NCBI RefSeq assembly: GCF_002571385.2
Contig: NW_019218144.1
Location: 104,073-167,484, forward strand
Origin: Stylophora pistillata
Taxonomy: Eukaryota
Direction: 5' to 3'
Length of the DNA stretch: 63,412 nucleotides
In this document: piece by piece, positions 25,550-38,466 of the stretch
Position numbering within the stretch: position 1 is the stretch's first letter
Layout: every line of letters begins with the position of its first letter
The notes under the pieces: generated by a model
Seen by the model: the letters and a program-made list of their open reading frames with translations, nothing else
Told to the model about the DNA's origin: nothing
Databases searched by the model: none
Position numbers and translations under genes: made by a program

Positions 25550-28500
25550 ATGCGCAGCTCTTCGCTATTGAGAGCTGTCCTGTTCTTGCTAGTTGCTAGC
25601 CATGTGCTTACCAAGAAAAATAACACATCTACCTTAAATCAAGAAAGGAAAAATGTAACGAATGAAAAACGTCAAAATATAGGTAAGTACGTTCGTAAAC
25701 CCACGCACGAGTTTTCGTAAGCGCCAAACACAGACTAGAGATGCCTTTTCTCAGATGTTTCCTTTGGCCTTTTTAAAAAAATTGATTGTGAGTGATGCCA
25801 AAGATGTTTTTAGAAGCAGATACGTTGCAAACACATGTTTTCATATCCTTTTTATTCTTATAATATTTCATATTACGCAGTGACAAGTTGCTGTTGCTGA
25901 TGTCTTTGATTGGTCAGTCAGGTAACCCCTGCTTATTTTCAAAAATTTTACACACGACCCTTTCGTCTCGGATAGGAATGGTTACCTTATCCCAAACTTT
26001 AATTTGAGAGTAATAAAATGATTGACTGATTGATTTATTGAGTGATGCCTCGATAACTTCAGCAGAACGTTGCATCACCCAAGAAATGTAATTATCGACG
26101 GAAAAAGACCCTCTTTCCATAAAAAATACCCAAAATGGGTATTCATTTCTAAACAGTTGTTAAATTCCTGCGCTGACGATATAGCTCTCTTCTGTACTTG
26201 TCACAGCCTACAGTTATCCAAATGTTGCAATTCCATATGGCGCTGATGGTCTCCCTTGCTGTCCAGCCAACAGTTTTTGTACAGGTATGCATTCTTTTGT
26301 ATAAAAATGAAAAAATATCTCCTAAAGTCACAGTTTCCTATTGAATCATGCGTGTTCCCGACGAATAAACGAAGCAGCTCTGGTAACTGAATGACACTCA
26401 TCGTTAAGTGTGTAACTGCATGAGTGCCTGTATGGGTGAAAACAAGCTAAATTACACCGCCTATGCGGTCTGGTGTACCCCATAGGCATACAAATCGATC
26501 AACGACTTTCTGTCAAGGGTTACAGACACCGTCTACGATTAAGAGCAAAATAATATAAAAACAAAGTTATTACATCCATCTAAAGAAATTTTTGTGCCAA
26601 ATCGGGCTCAATTGCCTCAAATTTCCCTGGTTGATTCAGTCTCGAGTCTCACTCATGACAAATGCGGAAGCTAAGTGACATTTTTTTTTTTCTGCTCAGA
26701 CAAACCTCCCTGTCCGCCAAGTGCGATGCCGGAGATATCCAGTGCCCCTCAGCTGGATGCCGGGATATCATTCAACATGGTACCAGGTGGTATTCAGGAG
26801 CCAACAGCCCCACCTCAATCAGCATCTGTACTATCTATTCCAATTCAGGATCAACCAGAAAAGCCAACGCAACCGCAAATTCCACTGCATGCTAAACACT
26901 CTGAGGAGGATAAGACAAAGTTAAAATTACAGCCCAACAGAGATCAGGTGTATCACATCAGAGGAAAAAGTACGCACATTTTGTTGTTGTTGTTGTTGTA
27001 ATGCGCAACTTTGCTAATGCTGGAGTCAGAATGAATGTTGTGTTGTTGTTGTATAAGATGCAGGGCCAAAAAAGCTTCGAAAAATACTTGAAATTTGTCT
27101 GTTTGCAAGCCTTTTTTTCCATGAGGGGTCGAGGTCATCATTAATCTACGAGGGAATGTGAAAATGTCTGTAGGCATACCGTAAGGTACCATATTTTAAC
27201 GAAAACCTTTTGTTTCCATTTCGTGGGGCTCGTCCTGAAGTATTAGCTAGGTCGCGTATTGCTGTGCATGTTGTCCATGCTTTTCATATAATGTTCTTGT
27301 TTTGTTTTTTCAGTGTTTACAATTTGTTTTATAACATAACGTTGATACATTGTAGCAAAAAAATTCACTTTTATTTAACACTAAAATCTTACATGAGCAG
27401 AAAAAGAGAAGCGCGCAGAAACTGGTCCCTGCATTTGCACACGTCTACTGTACGTACACTCCTGGGAAAACGGTGTACACTAAATTGGCCAATCAGAGCG
27501 CGCGCTTTACTTTGGTTATGTTATAATGTGCGATGCTTCACAGCTCGTAAAAGATTCCCGTGTTTAAAAAGAGATAATTACTTCCTTGTTATTTTAGTTT
27601 GCCTCTGCTGATTTGCTTTGTTTCGTAACCAGGTTTCAAAAGTCTCGGTTGTTGGAAAGACACCTGGGACAGAGCTATTCCTCTGATGGAAAAGAAACAT
27701 GCCATGTTGTTTGAGCCTGACTACAAAAAGAGAACAAACGCGCTTATGAAATGCGCTGAGGCTGCATTGGACAACAGCTTTATCATTTTCTCTCTTCAAA
27801 ATGGAGGACAGTGTTTCTCTGGCAAAGATGCTGATAAGACTTTTATGAAATATGGCGTCAGTGATTCCTGCAAAGGTGAAGATAACATTGTGTTTTGATG
27901 AATATGCTTATCAGAAATCCTGGTAAACATGACAAACTATCGATTAAAATCAAATCAAATAGTTATCTTGCTCAGATCACAGGAGGCGGCTTACACTTAT
28001 CGTCTCGTTCAGTTATAAATCCCAGATGACTTCAGCTAGGTGACCATTTGCCCCCCAAAAAAAGTGGCACAGACCCAAAGGCGAGTGTGCCACTGCACTG
28101 ACGCTCCTATCACATTTTGACGTACAAATGAACAAACGTGCTATTTACACAATGAAAAGGGGAGAAAAAATCAATAACTTGCCTCGGACCTCCACCGTTG
28201 GCGGACAGTTTCTTTTAAGTTCCCAACGACATTTCTCGCCTACCCTTTCTTTTTGCTACTGGACGGATCCTAACTATTTCCTCAGGAAGCATTGACTTCG
28301 CCAATATAATTATTTAAGACTCCACGAGACGAGTATCTGTTCTCTAAATAAAAAATAGCCTCTATTTGACGCGAAAATATGCACTGATATTTGTCTTCGG
28401 ACATTTTCTGTTTCAAGTTGCGAACAGTTTTTCGAGAAAAACATCATGCCAGTCAGTAGACACGTATATAAAACCTAATTCCTTTATCGTCGTTTTAGTT

Positions 28501-31500
28501 TCATCGTTATTATCATTATGCATTATTCCTATCAATAATGTTGTTATTATCACAATTATGATTATTATTGCTATCTTAATTATTTTATTATTTCATTCGG
28601 CATCTTTTCTGTTCTCTTTTCGCCTTTCCTGCTGTTCAAAAACAGCATTTAATACTCATTTTTTGATGATCACCTGTCATGAGTTTTTTGCGCGATTTCT
28701 CTCTCTTGTTTCCACTGATTTATGATTAAACCTCTGCGTTTTCTTCCCTCAGCTGATGGAGAAGGAGGACCTTGGGGAAACGAAGTTTACCAGTGAGTAT
28801 TGTTACTATAAGATATGTCCTTACTTGTCAGTACTAACAAGGTGGGGGGGTGGGGTTTAAATGAATGCACGTCAAGATACAGAATGTTCTTCATGCTAGC
28901 CGTTGTCTAGTCGATTTCAAAAACTTCTTTTTGTTCCGATATAGGTATTTTAACAGCAACGCTTCCATTCCTAAGAAGAGCGACGAAACAGAGAGTGGAA
29001 TTTCCAAGGAAAGCATAGCTCAAGCTAACCCTAACCCGACAGCACCACCGACAACACAGCCGATAGCTGCAAATACACTGCCTCCAGCGGTGCAATTAAC
29101 GTCTTCACCCGTTGCACACAAAGCAGAAGTGAACCAATCCTCAGAGATCAACCCCTGGACGGAGCCTCAGAAAGAATCCGTCGACAGCGCAAGGAAACCG
29201 GACCTGAAGCCTTTTAAAGATGAAGTAGAAGAAGACGCCGTCGTGGCAGAGAACGAGGCAGACAAGCAAGCTTTGCTGAAAGAAATTCCAGCTAACATAA
29301 CAGAAGCAACTGTCGCCGAAGAGAGTAACGATACCATAGATGAGGACAATCCCTCTCAAACAGAAGTTTTCAATGTAAGCCCGCCAAGACCAAAACTTGT
29401 CACGCCGTTCAGAGGAAGATGCCCAGTTTGTCGTGAGTACTGAAGCACGATAACTTGTAACCTGCGAGCATCCCTTCATTGTGAGCGCTTCTGCAAGAGT
29501 GTTTTTTTTTTTTGCCCGCAGCTTTAACTACAGCGGCATTAAGGAAGGCTTGCTCGCAGGTTAGACAACCTTTTGAAGCCCTTTAAGGTGGTTCCTCGGT
29601 TTTTCACTGCGCATTCTGTACTGCGCATAAAAATCACCCAATCAAGCGAATAAGCTCGCCCATTCCGAGAACACGGTATTGTTCTTAAATCAATGGACCA
29701 AGTAAAGAGATACGATGGTCTTTAGCTCTTAAACAAACACGGTGACCTATATTTTTTATTGTATAATTTTGGTGAACAAATTATCTCCTTTTAATTGGAG
29801 AAATTGGAACAAGGTTATCGAGGGGAATAAAGGTATAGCTAAAACTTTGCACGAATCCCGTTACACGATGATGCACATATTATGACCTTGAAAGCAACGA
29901 ATCGCGGAACGTTTTGAGCCGATGTCGTTAACAAATTGCGCGATGCTCCACAAATTATAAATCAAATTGTTCCTCACGCACGTGAATTTCTACCTATCAC
30001 TTTTTTTTTTTTAAGTGTTACTTTGCTTCCAGTTACTGCAAAATGTACCGTCAACCGATGAACTGACACGCGTGATTAGTGAATCACCTTAAGTGTAAGT
30101 GTAAATGTGTGGTTCAAGTGGGAACATTTTTATGCCGTGTGGGAAAGGTCATTCCTCGTTTTTCTCCAAGATTGAATTCTCTAGTGGTAGATCAGTGAGC
30201 AAAAAATGTATTTAATGAAGTCAATTTTCGTATTATTCCTTTTTTTTTCAATGTTTGAAGTCACGAAATAACCCAGCAGAAGATAACCTTTTTTCGGAAC
30301 GTTTAGGACTACACGGTATACTACTTTATGATCACATACACGGTATACTATATGATGACATACATAACATACCTTCGGTGCAGCTGACCGTCACGCTCGT
30401 GTCACACAATTTTCCCGCTGGTCTATGAACGGCATCGTTTCCCAGCCACGATCCTTCAGTTTTCTCGATTTATTGACAATACAGCCAGCAGATTTGTTCT
30501 GATCTATATTCATCTCGACATTCAAGATGTATTTTTCAGAAATAGCTGGGCAAAGCTGCAGGTATTTACATTGTTTTCTTTACGTCGGAGTTGTTGACAT
30601 TGCGGATCGATTGAGTCGGATTTATGTTTGTGAATTGTTTATTCAAGCCAAGATTGAGTTCAGTGATGGTCCGTTCGATACTTTTCTAGGAATTTAAGTA
30701 ATATACCATTTACAATGTAAGACATCTGGCATCTGAAGGAGCGATTTTGAGGGATAATTGTAAAATTAGAATTGTTCACGGTGGCTACACTTTTGTTTTT
30801 GTACAGCAGTGCTGTGTTGTCGTGCACGTTCCAGGCATATATTTTTTACTGTTTCTGGGTTTTCATGTTTTTTTTTTTATGCTTACAAACCATGTAATAG
30901 AGGTTATTCCAAAGTAGAAAGACTAAATTAACCTACATTGCTAATATTTTTTTCGTCTGAAGCAAAATTATCTCTATGAACTTCAGTAACGCAATCTTTT
31001 GTTATTGTTAGTCACGCATGACGGATCTGCGAATTCAGACTAGCTTTAACGTTTTACCGCCTTGCATTGTGTAGAGTTTGATTTTTCTGGTTTGGCTTCC
31101 AAATGTGTTTTACCTGTATTATCATTTGAGTGACCGAAGTTGAGATATACCCTGTTATTTCCAATCCAGCGTCTCAAGAGATACAATATTTAACCATCGT
31201 GTTTTGATAAAACAAAATCACCACTTTAAGTTTTTTTTTTAAACCTCTTCGTCATGTGCATTAAAATGGGGAAAAGTAGGAAAGTGCATCAAATAGGCTA
31301 TTCCGATTTATTATTATGATAGTTTACAGATATATTGAACATGGTCACTGGATGTCAATTCGTCTAGGAGCTTGGTAATTGTTTTGCGTAAAGATCATGC
31401 TGCTCAGTCTTGGAATGAATCTGACCCTCATCAATTCTTATCAACTCTTCTTTCTTTCAGCAACTTTAAAGCCAACAGCGCCAATGAGTAAGTAAAATTC

Positions 31501-34500
31501 TATAATCATCATACTGTAGCTTAGGTTTTCTACCCCCCTTCGTTCTAACTCATCGTAATGTTCAGCGTAACTTATATCACTTTTTCTTACCAAGATCTTT
31601 TGTATCCACCTGTTTCTTAACATCTAGGTAGGATCCCCTACATCCGTTTGAGGATTTACTAAAAAAAATATTTCTCTCAAAGGTGAAGGTGACCCAAACT
31701 CCCCCCCCCCCTGCTAGAAACGCAAATGAAGTTCAATAAACTCTTAATAAGAAGCCATAGTTTATCACAGTTTCTATGCCACTGGGCATCACGTCGCCTA
31801 AATGTTCTTTTTCCTGTTTCAATAGCATGCAGAACGGCCATAGATCTTGCTTTCTTGATCGACGGCTCGGCGAGCGTGGAACGATATGGCATCGGAAACT
31901 TCCGACGATTGATCGACTTCGTCCGTAATGTTGTCCTCGGTTTTTCAGTTTCCCGAACAAACACGCGAGTTGGGGCCATTGTGTTTGGTACCAGGCCTTA
32001 TAAGCTTTTTGGCTTTAATAGCTACACAAACAACGGTGCCATATTCAACAAGCTCAACAAGGGGGTTCGTTATCCCAAATCAGGAAGCCGTATTGGTAGG
32101 GCGTTATTGATGGCGCAAAACCAGATGTTCCGTAAGAACACCAGGCGTTCGAGGACCACTAAGGTAGTAGTGGTCATAACCGATGGAAGTTCGATGGATG
32201 ACGTTTCAGGACCTTCAAACGCTTTAAAGGCCCGTGGAGTAAGAATTTACTGTCTAGGGGTGGGACGATATATTAATGGTCGTCAGTTAGACATCATGGC
32301 CTCTCCTCCTCGGAGAAATCACATCTTTACCGCGGACTGGACTCATTTGGGAATCGTAGTTAACGAACTCAGGAACGCAATTTGCTTAGGTACGTAACTT
32401 TTTTTCCTTTGATACAAAAAAAAATCGCATTATTTCGAATCTTGAGGACTTTGTTTCCCTCTTCCCGTTATCTCGAGCTTAAGATTGGGACCTGTCTGTG
32501 TATCTTTCCAATTTTACACAGGAAATGAACATCTTTTTAAGAAAAAAGAAATGGGTAACGAAATGATTTTGAATTGATACTAGTTTGACACCGATGTGGC
32601 TTGACTTACCCCAAGTTATCAAACTTGCTTAAACGTGCGATGGGGAAAGACTTTTAGTTCACGCAAGCAATCCAACTCGTCTTGTTTATTTTCAGGCACT
32701 GGAGGAAATCTTTTACCAGCCAAGCATCGTGTGTGCCTCTGTCCCATCACCAGACCCCCAATAAGTGAGTGGTAACTTAAAACAGCTAAAGTCTCAACAG
32801 TGTCGCAAGCAGTCCGGGTTTTCCCAGGTTTTGGTATACAAAACCCGAGCTATCTCTCGACTAACAGATGCACATATAATAGTAATCGCGACTCGATCAC
32901 ATATTTTCCTGCGCCTCAGTCAGTTCGTGAGAGGTGCGGTGGCTTCATGGTTTGTGCGCTCCACTCCAGATCGACTGGTCTGGGTTTGAGCCTTGGACAT
33001 TGTGTTGTGTTGTTAGGCAAGACACTTTACTCTCACAGTGCCTCTCTTCACCCAGGTGTTTAAATGGGTACCGGCGAATTTAATGCTGGGGAGTAACCGG
33101 GGACGGACCAGCATCCCATCCAGAGGGGAGTACAAATAAGGAGTTAAGCACCAGCCTGATGGGCCATTTGGCTCGTAAACAAACTTTACTTACAGCCAGT
33201 TTGTTCATTTTTTCACCCTGAGTTCTCACAGGCTCGTTTGATAATAATCTTTGCTCTGATTGGTAGTTGTGATCATTTCAAAACCATTTGAAAACGTAGG
33301 CTGGGCCAGTATAGTGACATACCGCAATATCAGTTTTTAAACTATAGTGGACTGGACACGGAACAAATGGTCGTGGAATCATCCCTTGCCAAGGATGAAA
33401 TACCAATCCACTAAAGTGGTCTCGTTTCTTAGTTGGAGTATGCACAGTTACTGTGTATGGTGAACGTACAGTTTAGTGTTAAAGTGACACGTTCTCTTAC
33501 CATTTCTCTTTCGATTTCAGAACCGACTACGAAGCCTACTAAAAGGATACGTAAGTGCAGATCTTCCAGGAATTGAAACACTATGTTAAATGGGTTGAGT
33601 GAGATGCACGGGGAAATGCTTTTTTTTTTTTAAGATAACCAAACAAAGGGGTGCTATATAATCTCGTGCTTGTAATTTGTTTTCAGTTCACATAAATTGT
33701 CGCCTATCATTTGTGGAAATCTTTAAACAAGTCTTGTATTAGGATATGCACATGCGTTCATTCGATCTCCACTACTAGACAAATAATTTTTACTTCATGT
33801 GGCTTACAGACTGCAACCACACTGAAACTTTGAATATAATGCAAATCTTTTCGACATGCCCAGTTTTTTGAGATCCGGAAATGTCTTGCTCCTTACAGCA
33901 CACGAGAATCTTTAGTCTGGTAACGCTGAAATTTTCGGGGAAAGGGCCCCTAGATGATATATGCCAAACAACAAAAATAAACAATGGAGAAGTTAATAGA
34001 TAAATAAATAGATAAATAATGTTGTTTTTCTATTTCTATCGAATCTGTTTCATATTTGCAGGATTTCCCCGTATTGTTGCGTTCTACCCGCTTAGTAGAA
34101 AAACAAGAGGCAAAGACATCAGCTCTAGCCAGAACCCTGAAGGAAGATTACACAACGTACGCCCCGCGCCTGGTCCTGATGGGCTGCCCGATGGCTCTTA
34201 CTATTTCAACGGAAGAAAAACCAGTTACATACATTTTCCCAACAAGGGAAAGCTCGATTCTAGATATTCCTTGACCCTCCTCGCCTGGGTCTACCCCGAA
34301 GGTTCTGGACCAATATTTCATTTTTCTCCGGGTGGAGTTCGCTTCTGGGTCGTCAGACCGAATACTCTATTCGTGCGATTTGTTCGCCGCACAGGGAGAC
34401 CAACCCGACAGTTGATCAGTCGCACTTTGAGACCTGGAAGGTGGAATTACGTTGGAGCGTCGTATGACGAAAGGACAGGAATTGCAACGTTATGGCGAGA

Positions 34501-37500
34501 CTCTCAACCTGTTAAGTCCCTGTTCATTGGTCGCATTCGTCTAGCTACCAATCGACCAGTAAGAATGGGGGCATTGCCACGTGACCTGCGGTACTTTCGT
34601 GGAAGGGTCTCTTGTATGCAAGTCTATAGTGTACCTTTGTCTGGTCCTGAAATAAAAAGAGCTGAAAGAGTTTGCTTCCGAGCACGTGAGTAAAAATCCT
34701 TGTGTTACACATATTTGAGTGGTAGCCAACTAGAGCTCCGCTCGTATCTAGTTAACCCTTTAATATCATAGGTGAGAAATTACTCCTTAAATTTGGCTCG
34801 AAATTTCAGCGTCAGTTTTTGATTTCACATGTGAAATTACAAAATTGCAATGGTAACATCTCTTGTATCTCGATCAGAGCCAAGATGGCGTCGAGATTTA
34901 AGACGGTGACCCTTGAAGAAGTTACGAAATTAAAAGAAGCGGCCGAAAATTTAACTACGCGAAAGAGCACAATTAACTAGATGCGACTTTTTGAGAAGTA
35001 GTGTGACGAGAATAGCTTTGAGAAAAACCTGGAGATAATTCTTCCCGAGCAGTTGAATAAAGTAATCGAGCAATTTTGCGCCTCCGTGTGTAAACAAGAC
35101 GTAATTTGTTACACACGATATTAAAAGGTAATCAAATGGTTTTCTCGTGAAATTAGGAAATAATTTCACTTGCGTTTTGTCAAAATTCTGATAATTTCCC
35201 TCGCCTAAAGGCTCGGGACATTATCAGAATTTTGACAAAACGCGCGTGGAATAGCCCATTTCCGAATTACCCTTAGCCTCATTTTCAAAACGAGTCCCCG
35301 TGCTCATCCTTTCATACGATTATAAGTTTTCATTCACATGCAAATTGAACTCATTTTCACAAGAATGGTTGAGCACCAGGCCTCGGTTTGAAAAAGAGGC
35401 CAAGGGTAATTCGGAAATGGGCTATTATTTCCTAATTTCACTCGTCGCCATTTGATTACACATACTNAGATATAAACGAAGAAGGAAGAAAAGCCGGCAG
35501 GTGTACACACACAAAAAGACCGAGCCCCCACTTAGCTCAAGCTCTGGACCCGCCACTGAATATTCATACATTATCTAGATAATGAGAATACTCAAACTTG
35601 TCAGGTAGAAGTAGTTATCTTGATCTACTACCAGATTCTCACAACTAATTTACAAGGCAATGTGCAATAGCTTAAGGGGAGAATTTACAATCAGATATTG
35701 GGATTTAAACGGTTAACAAATAGATTCCATGTTGCCGTGCGTCTGTTTAGTAATAAATCACATATGACGTCAAGACGTGGTGAGAACTCAAAAGTGACAC
35801 ACAAGGCACAGCTGAGTGTGTTACTGATGTTCCTAAGTGATTACGTCTTATGTGATGTACTACTGTACAGGCCAACTTCAACATAAAGTCTATTTGTTTT
35901 CTATGACAAAAAAAGCAAAATTTTCTTCATGGTGACGCCATCTATGCGTTTGTTTTGCATTAGATCAAAGGTAAGAACCAATCAAAATGCGTGCAAGATT
36001 TAGCCACTCCTGTATCTGGCTCAAAGTCAGTGTTATTATTCATTTACGTAGCACTAATGTTTGATATTTACTTTCATTTGTAGGTCCAACTCAGAAGCCC
36101 AAGCCACCTCCACGTAAGTAGTTAGATTGACTTTATCATCACGTTCTTTAAGTTCTTCCCCGTTGAATGTAATAGCCTTAAGCTTCATATTTGGTAACAT
36201 TGTTCAGTAAGCTAACATCATTATATGACGAATTTCTTCTACTTTTCATTACTCACGTATTAACCAATTATGGTGTGTAAAATACACTAATAACTACTAA
36301 AGCTTAAAACAAAAGTACGACACCAGTATTTCTTAATCATAACTTCATACGTAATATTAGTTTACAATGTAGTTCGCGAACGTGAACTATAAACCTGTCC
36401 TCCATTTACAGGGCTCCCGAATGCTGTTGCGTTCTACCCCTTGACGGTGAATTACAGAGGTTATGACGTTGGTCCCAAGAGGAATCCACCGGGAAAATTA
36501 TTTAACGTAAAACCAGCGCCCGGTCCCGATGGTAGACGTGGTGGCTCCTACAGTTTCTCAGGGAAGTCTAATAGCTTTATTGAGTTCCCTAACACTGGGC
36601 CACTTGACACCCAGAACTCCATCACTCTCTTGGCATGGATCAACCCCCATGGAGGTGCGGGGCCTATCTTTAACTACGATCCCAGAGGGTTTGGCGTCCA
36701 TTTTTGGTTTACACGTGCAGGAAGACTATTTGCACGTTTCGTGCGGCGCACGCGAGCTATGACACAGCCGCTGATCAGTCGAATCCTTAGGCGCAGATCT
36801 TGGAGTTTTGTCGGTTGCACGTACGATCATACCACGGGAAATGCAGCATTGTACGTCAACGACAAAAGAGTCGCTACTAAGACTATTGGTCGAATACGTC
36901 TATCAACAAACTATCCTGCTAGGATGGGCGCAAAGATACGGGATAATCGCAACTTTCGTGGTTGGATAACGTGTATGCAGGTTTATGATGTAGCGCTTTC
37001 ATTACGAATGATAAGGATCGCTAAGAAACTTTGTTTTAAAGGTGAGTACAAACCTTTTAATGCTTTGACCCCAAAAAAGTGACCAGCATCTAATTTCTCC
37101 TTACAATATCACCCCTGAAACTCACATTAAGGTCATAAGAGAAAAGAGAATGACTACCAACTAGAGAAGTTCTTGACTGTTAAACAAATGATCCTTGTCA
37201 GCACCTTGGAAAATCTATAGAGAACAGTAGAGAGTATACAATGAAAATATGAAGTTCATATATTTTGAACTGCGGTACGAGATACGTATGATGCACGATC
37301 CTGCATCATACGTATCTAGTACCGCAGTTCAAAGAATATGAACTTCATATATTCATTGTATCTGATTTATCATCACGGGTTTATTACGAATCAACTTAAC
37401 GGCCTGCTCCCAGTTGGCTTGTTAGCTCAATTGGTAGAGCCCTGCACTAGTATCGCAGAGGTCAGTGGTTCGAATCCCGTCCAGGCCTGACTTTTTTCAG

Positions 37501-38226
37501 GTCTGATTTTCACTATTGCATAAATAGCGCTTTCTGCTGCGAGGATCGTGCATCATAAGTAGAGAGTATGTTAAGGTGTAAGGGATTAAGACCACTTTGT
37601 TTTCATTAAGCTGACTTGTTCTTTTTTCGTTGTTTGTCTCTTAATAGGCCATTTTATAGTTGTGTACTTTGACAGTTGCCAAACTTTTGGTTTGGATTGA
37701 GGCTGAAGGTGACATTGTTGTGATAGAGACCAGTGTTTGGTTAGCAGGATAACAAATTAACTAAATTTGAAGAGCAGCAACATTTTTATCACAACAAGGT
37801 CACCCTTAGCCTCACTCCTGTTCAAAGGCTTGGCAATCAAGCACACAACTGTAAAATGGACCATTTGGAGGCATATTTGATCGACATAACTGTTTCTTCT
37901 TTCTGTATTATTACATCTTTCAGCTTTCCCCACCCCTGCACCGCCAACTACGCCACCACCCCTTCATGGAAAAAGTAAGTTGTATTCATTAAACCCTTTA
38001 AGCTGCTACTTAAATCTAAGAGTTGTTTAAACGATCCAAACTTCTTTTATGCTTGGACTGATTGACTTTAGTTTTATGTATAGCTTTGGTTATCCTGAAA
38101 ATGTGAAATGAAATAGATATCTGAAAGAAGTATTTTCCACTTTGTACGTTTCCCGCCTATCGTTAAGTTTGTGGTGTTTTATGACAAGTAAAAAGTAAGT
38201 GACTAATTAACAATTATTCCACGAGC

Positions 38227-38284
<58 letters not shown>

Positions 38285-38285
38285 A

Positions 38286-38322
<37 letters not shown>

Positions 38323-38411
38323 TTTTATTAAAAATTATCAATTTTTAGCTCCCTTTTAATTTTAAGCTGACACGTACGCTTGCCGTATTTGTAGATATGG
38401 TATATTGGCTG

Positions 38412-38466
<55 letters not shown>

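Noticed and set aside
28366-28725. Hydrophobic 119-aa ORF resembling a membrane protein
   Set aside because: Translation of ATT/TTA low-complexity intronic DNA.
37416-37487. Apparent tRNA gene
   Set aside because: Embedded in a TSD-flanked repeat with an imperfect cloverleaf; treated as element-derived.
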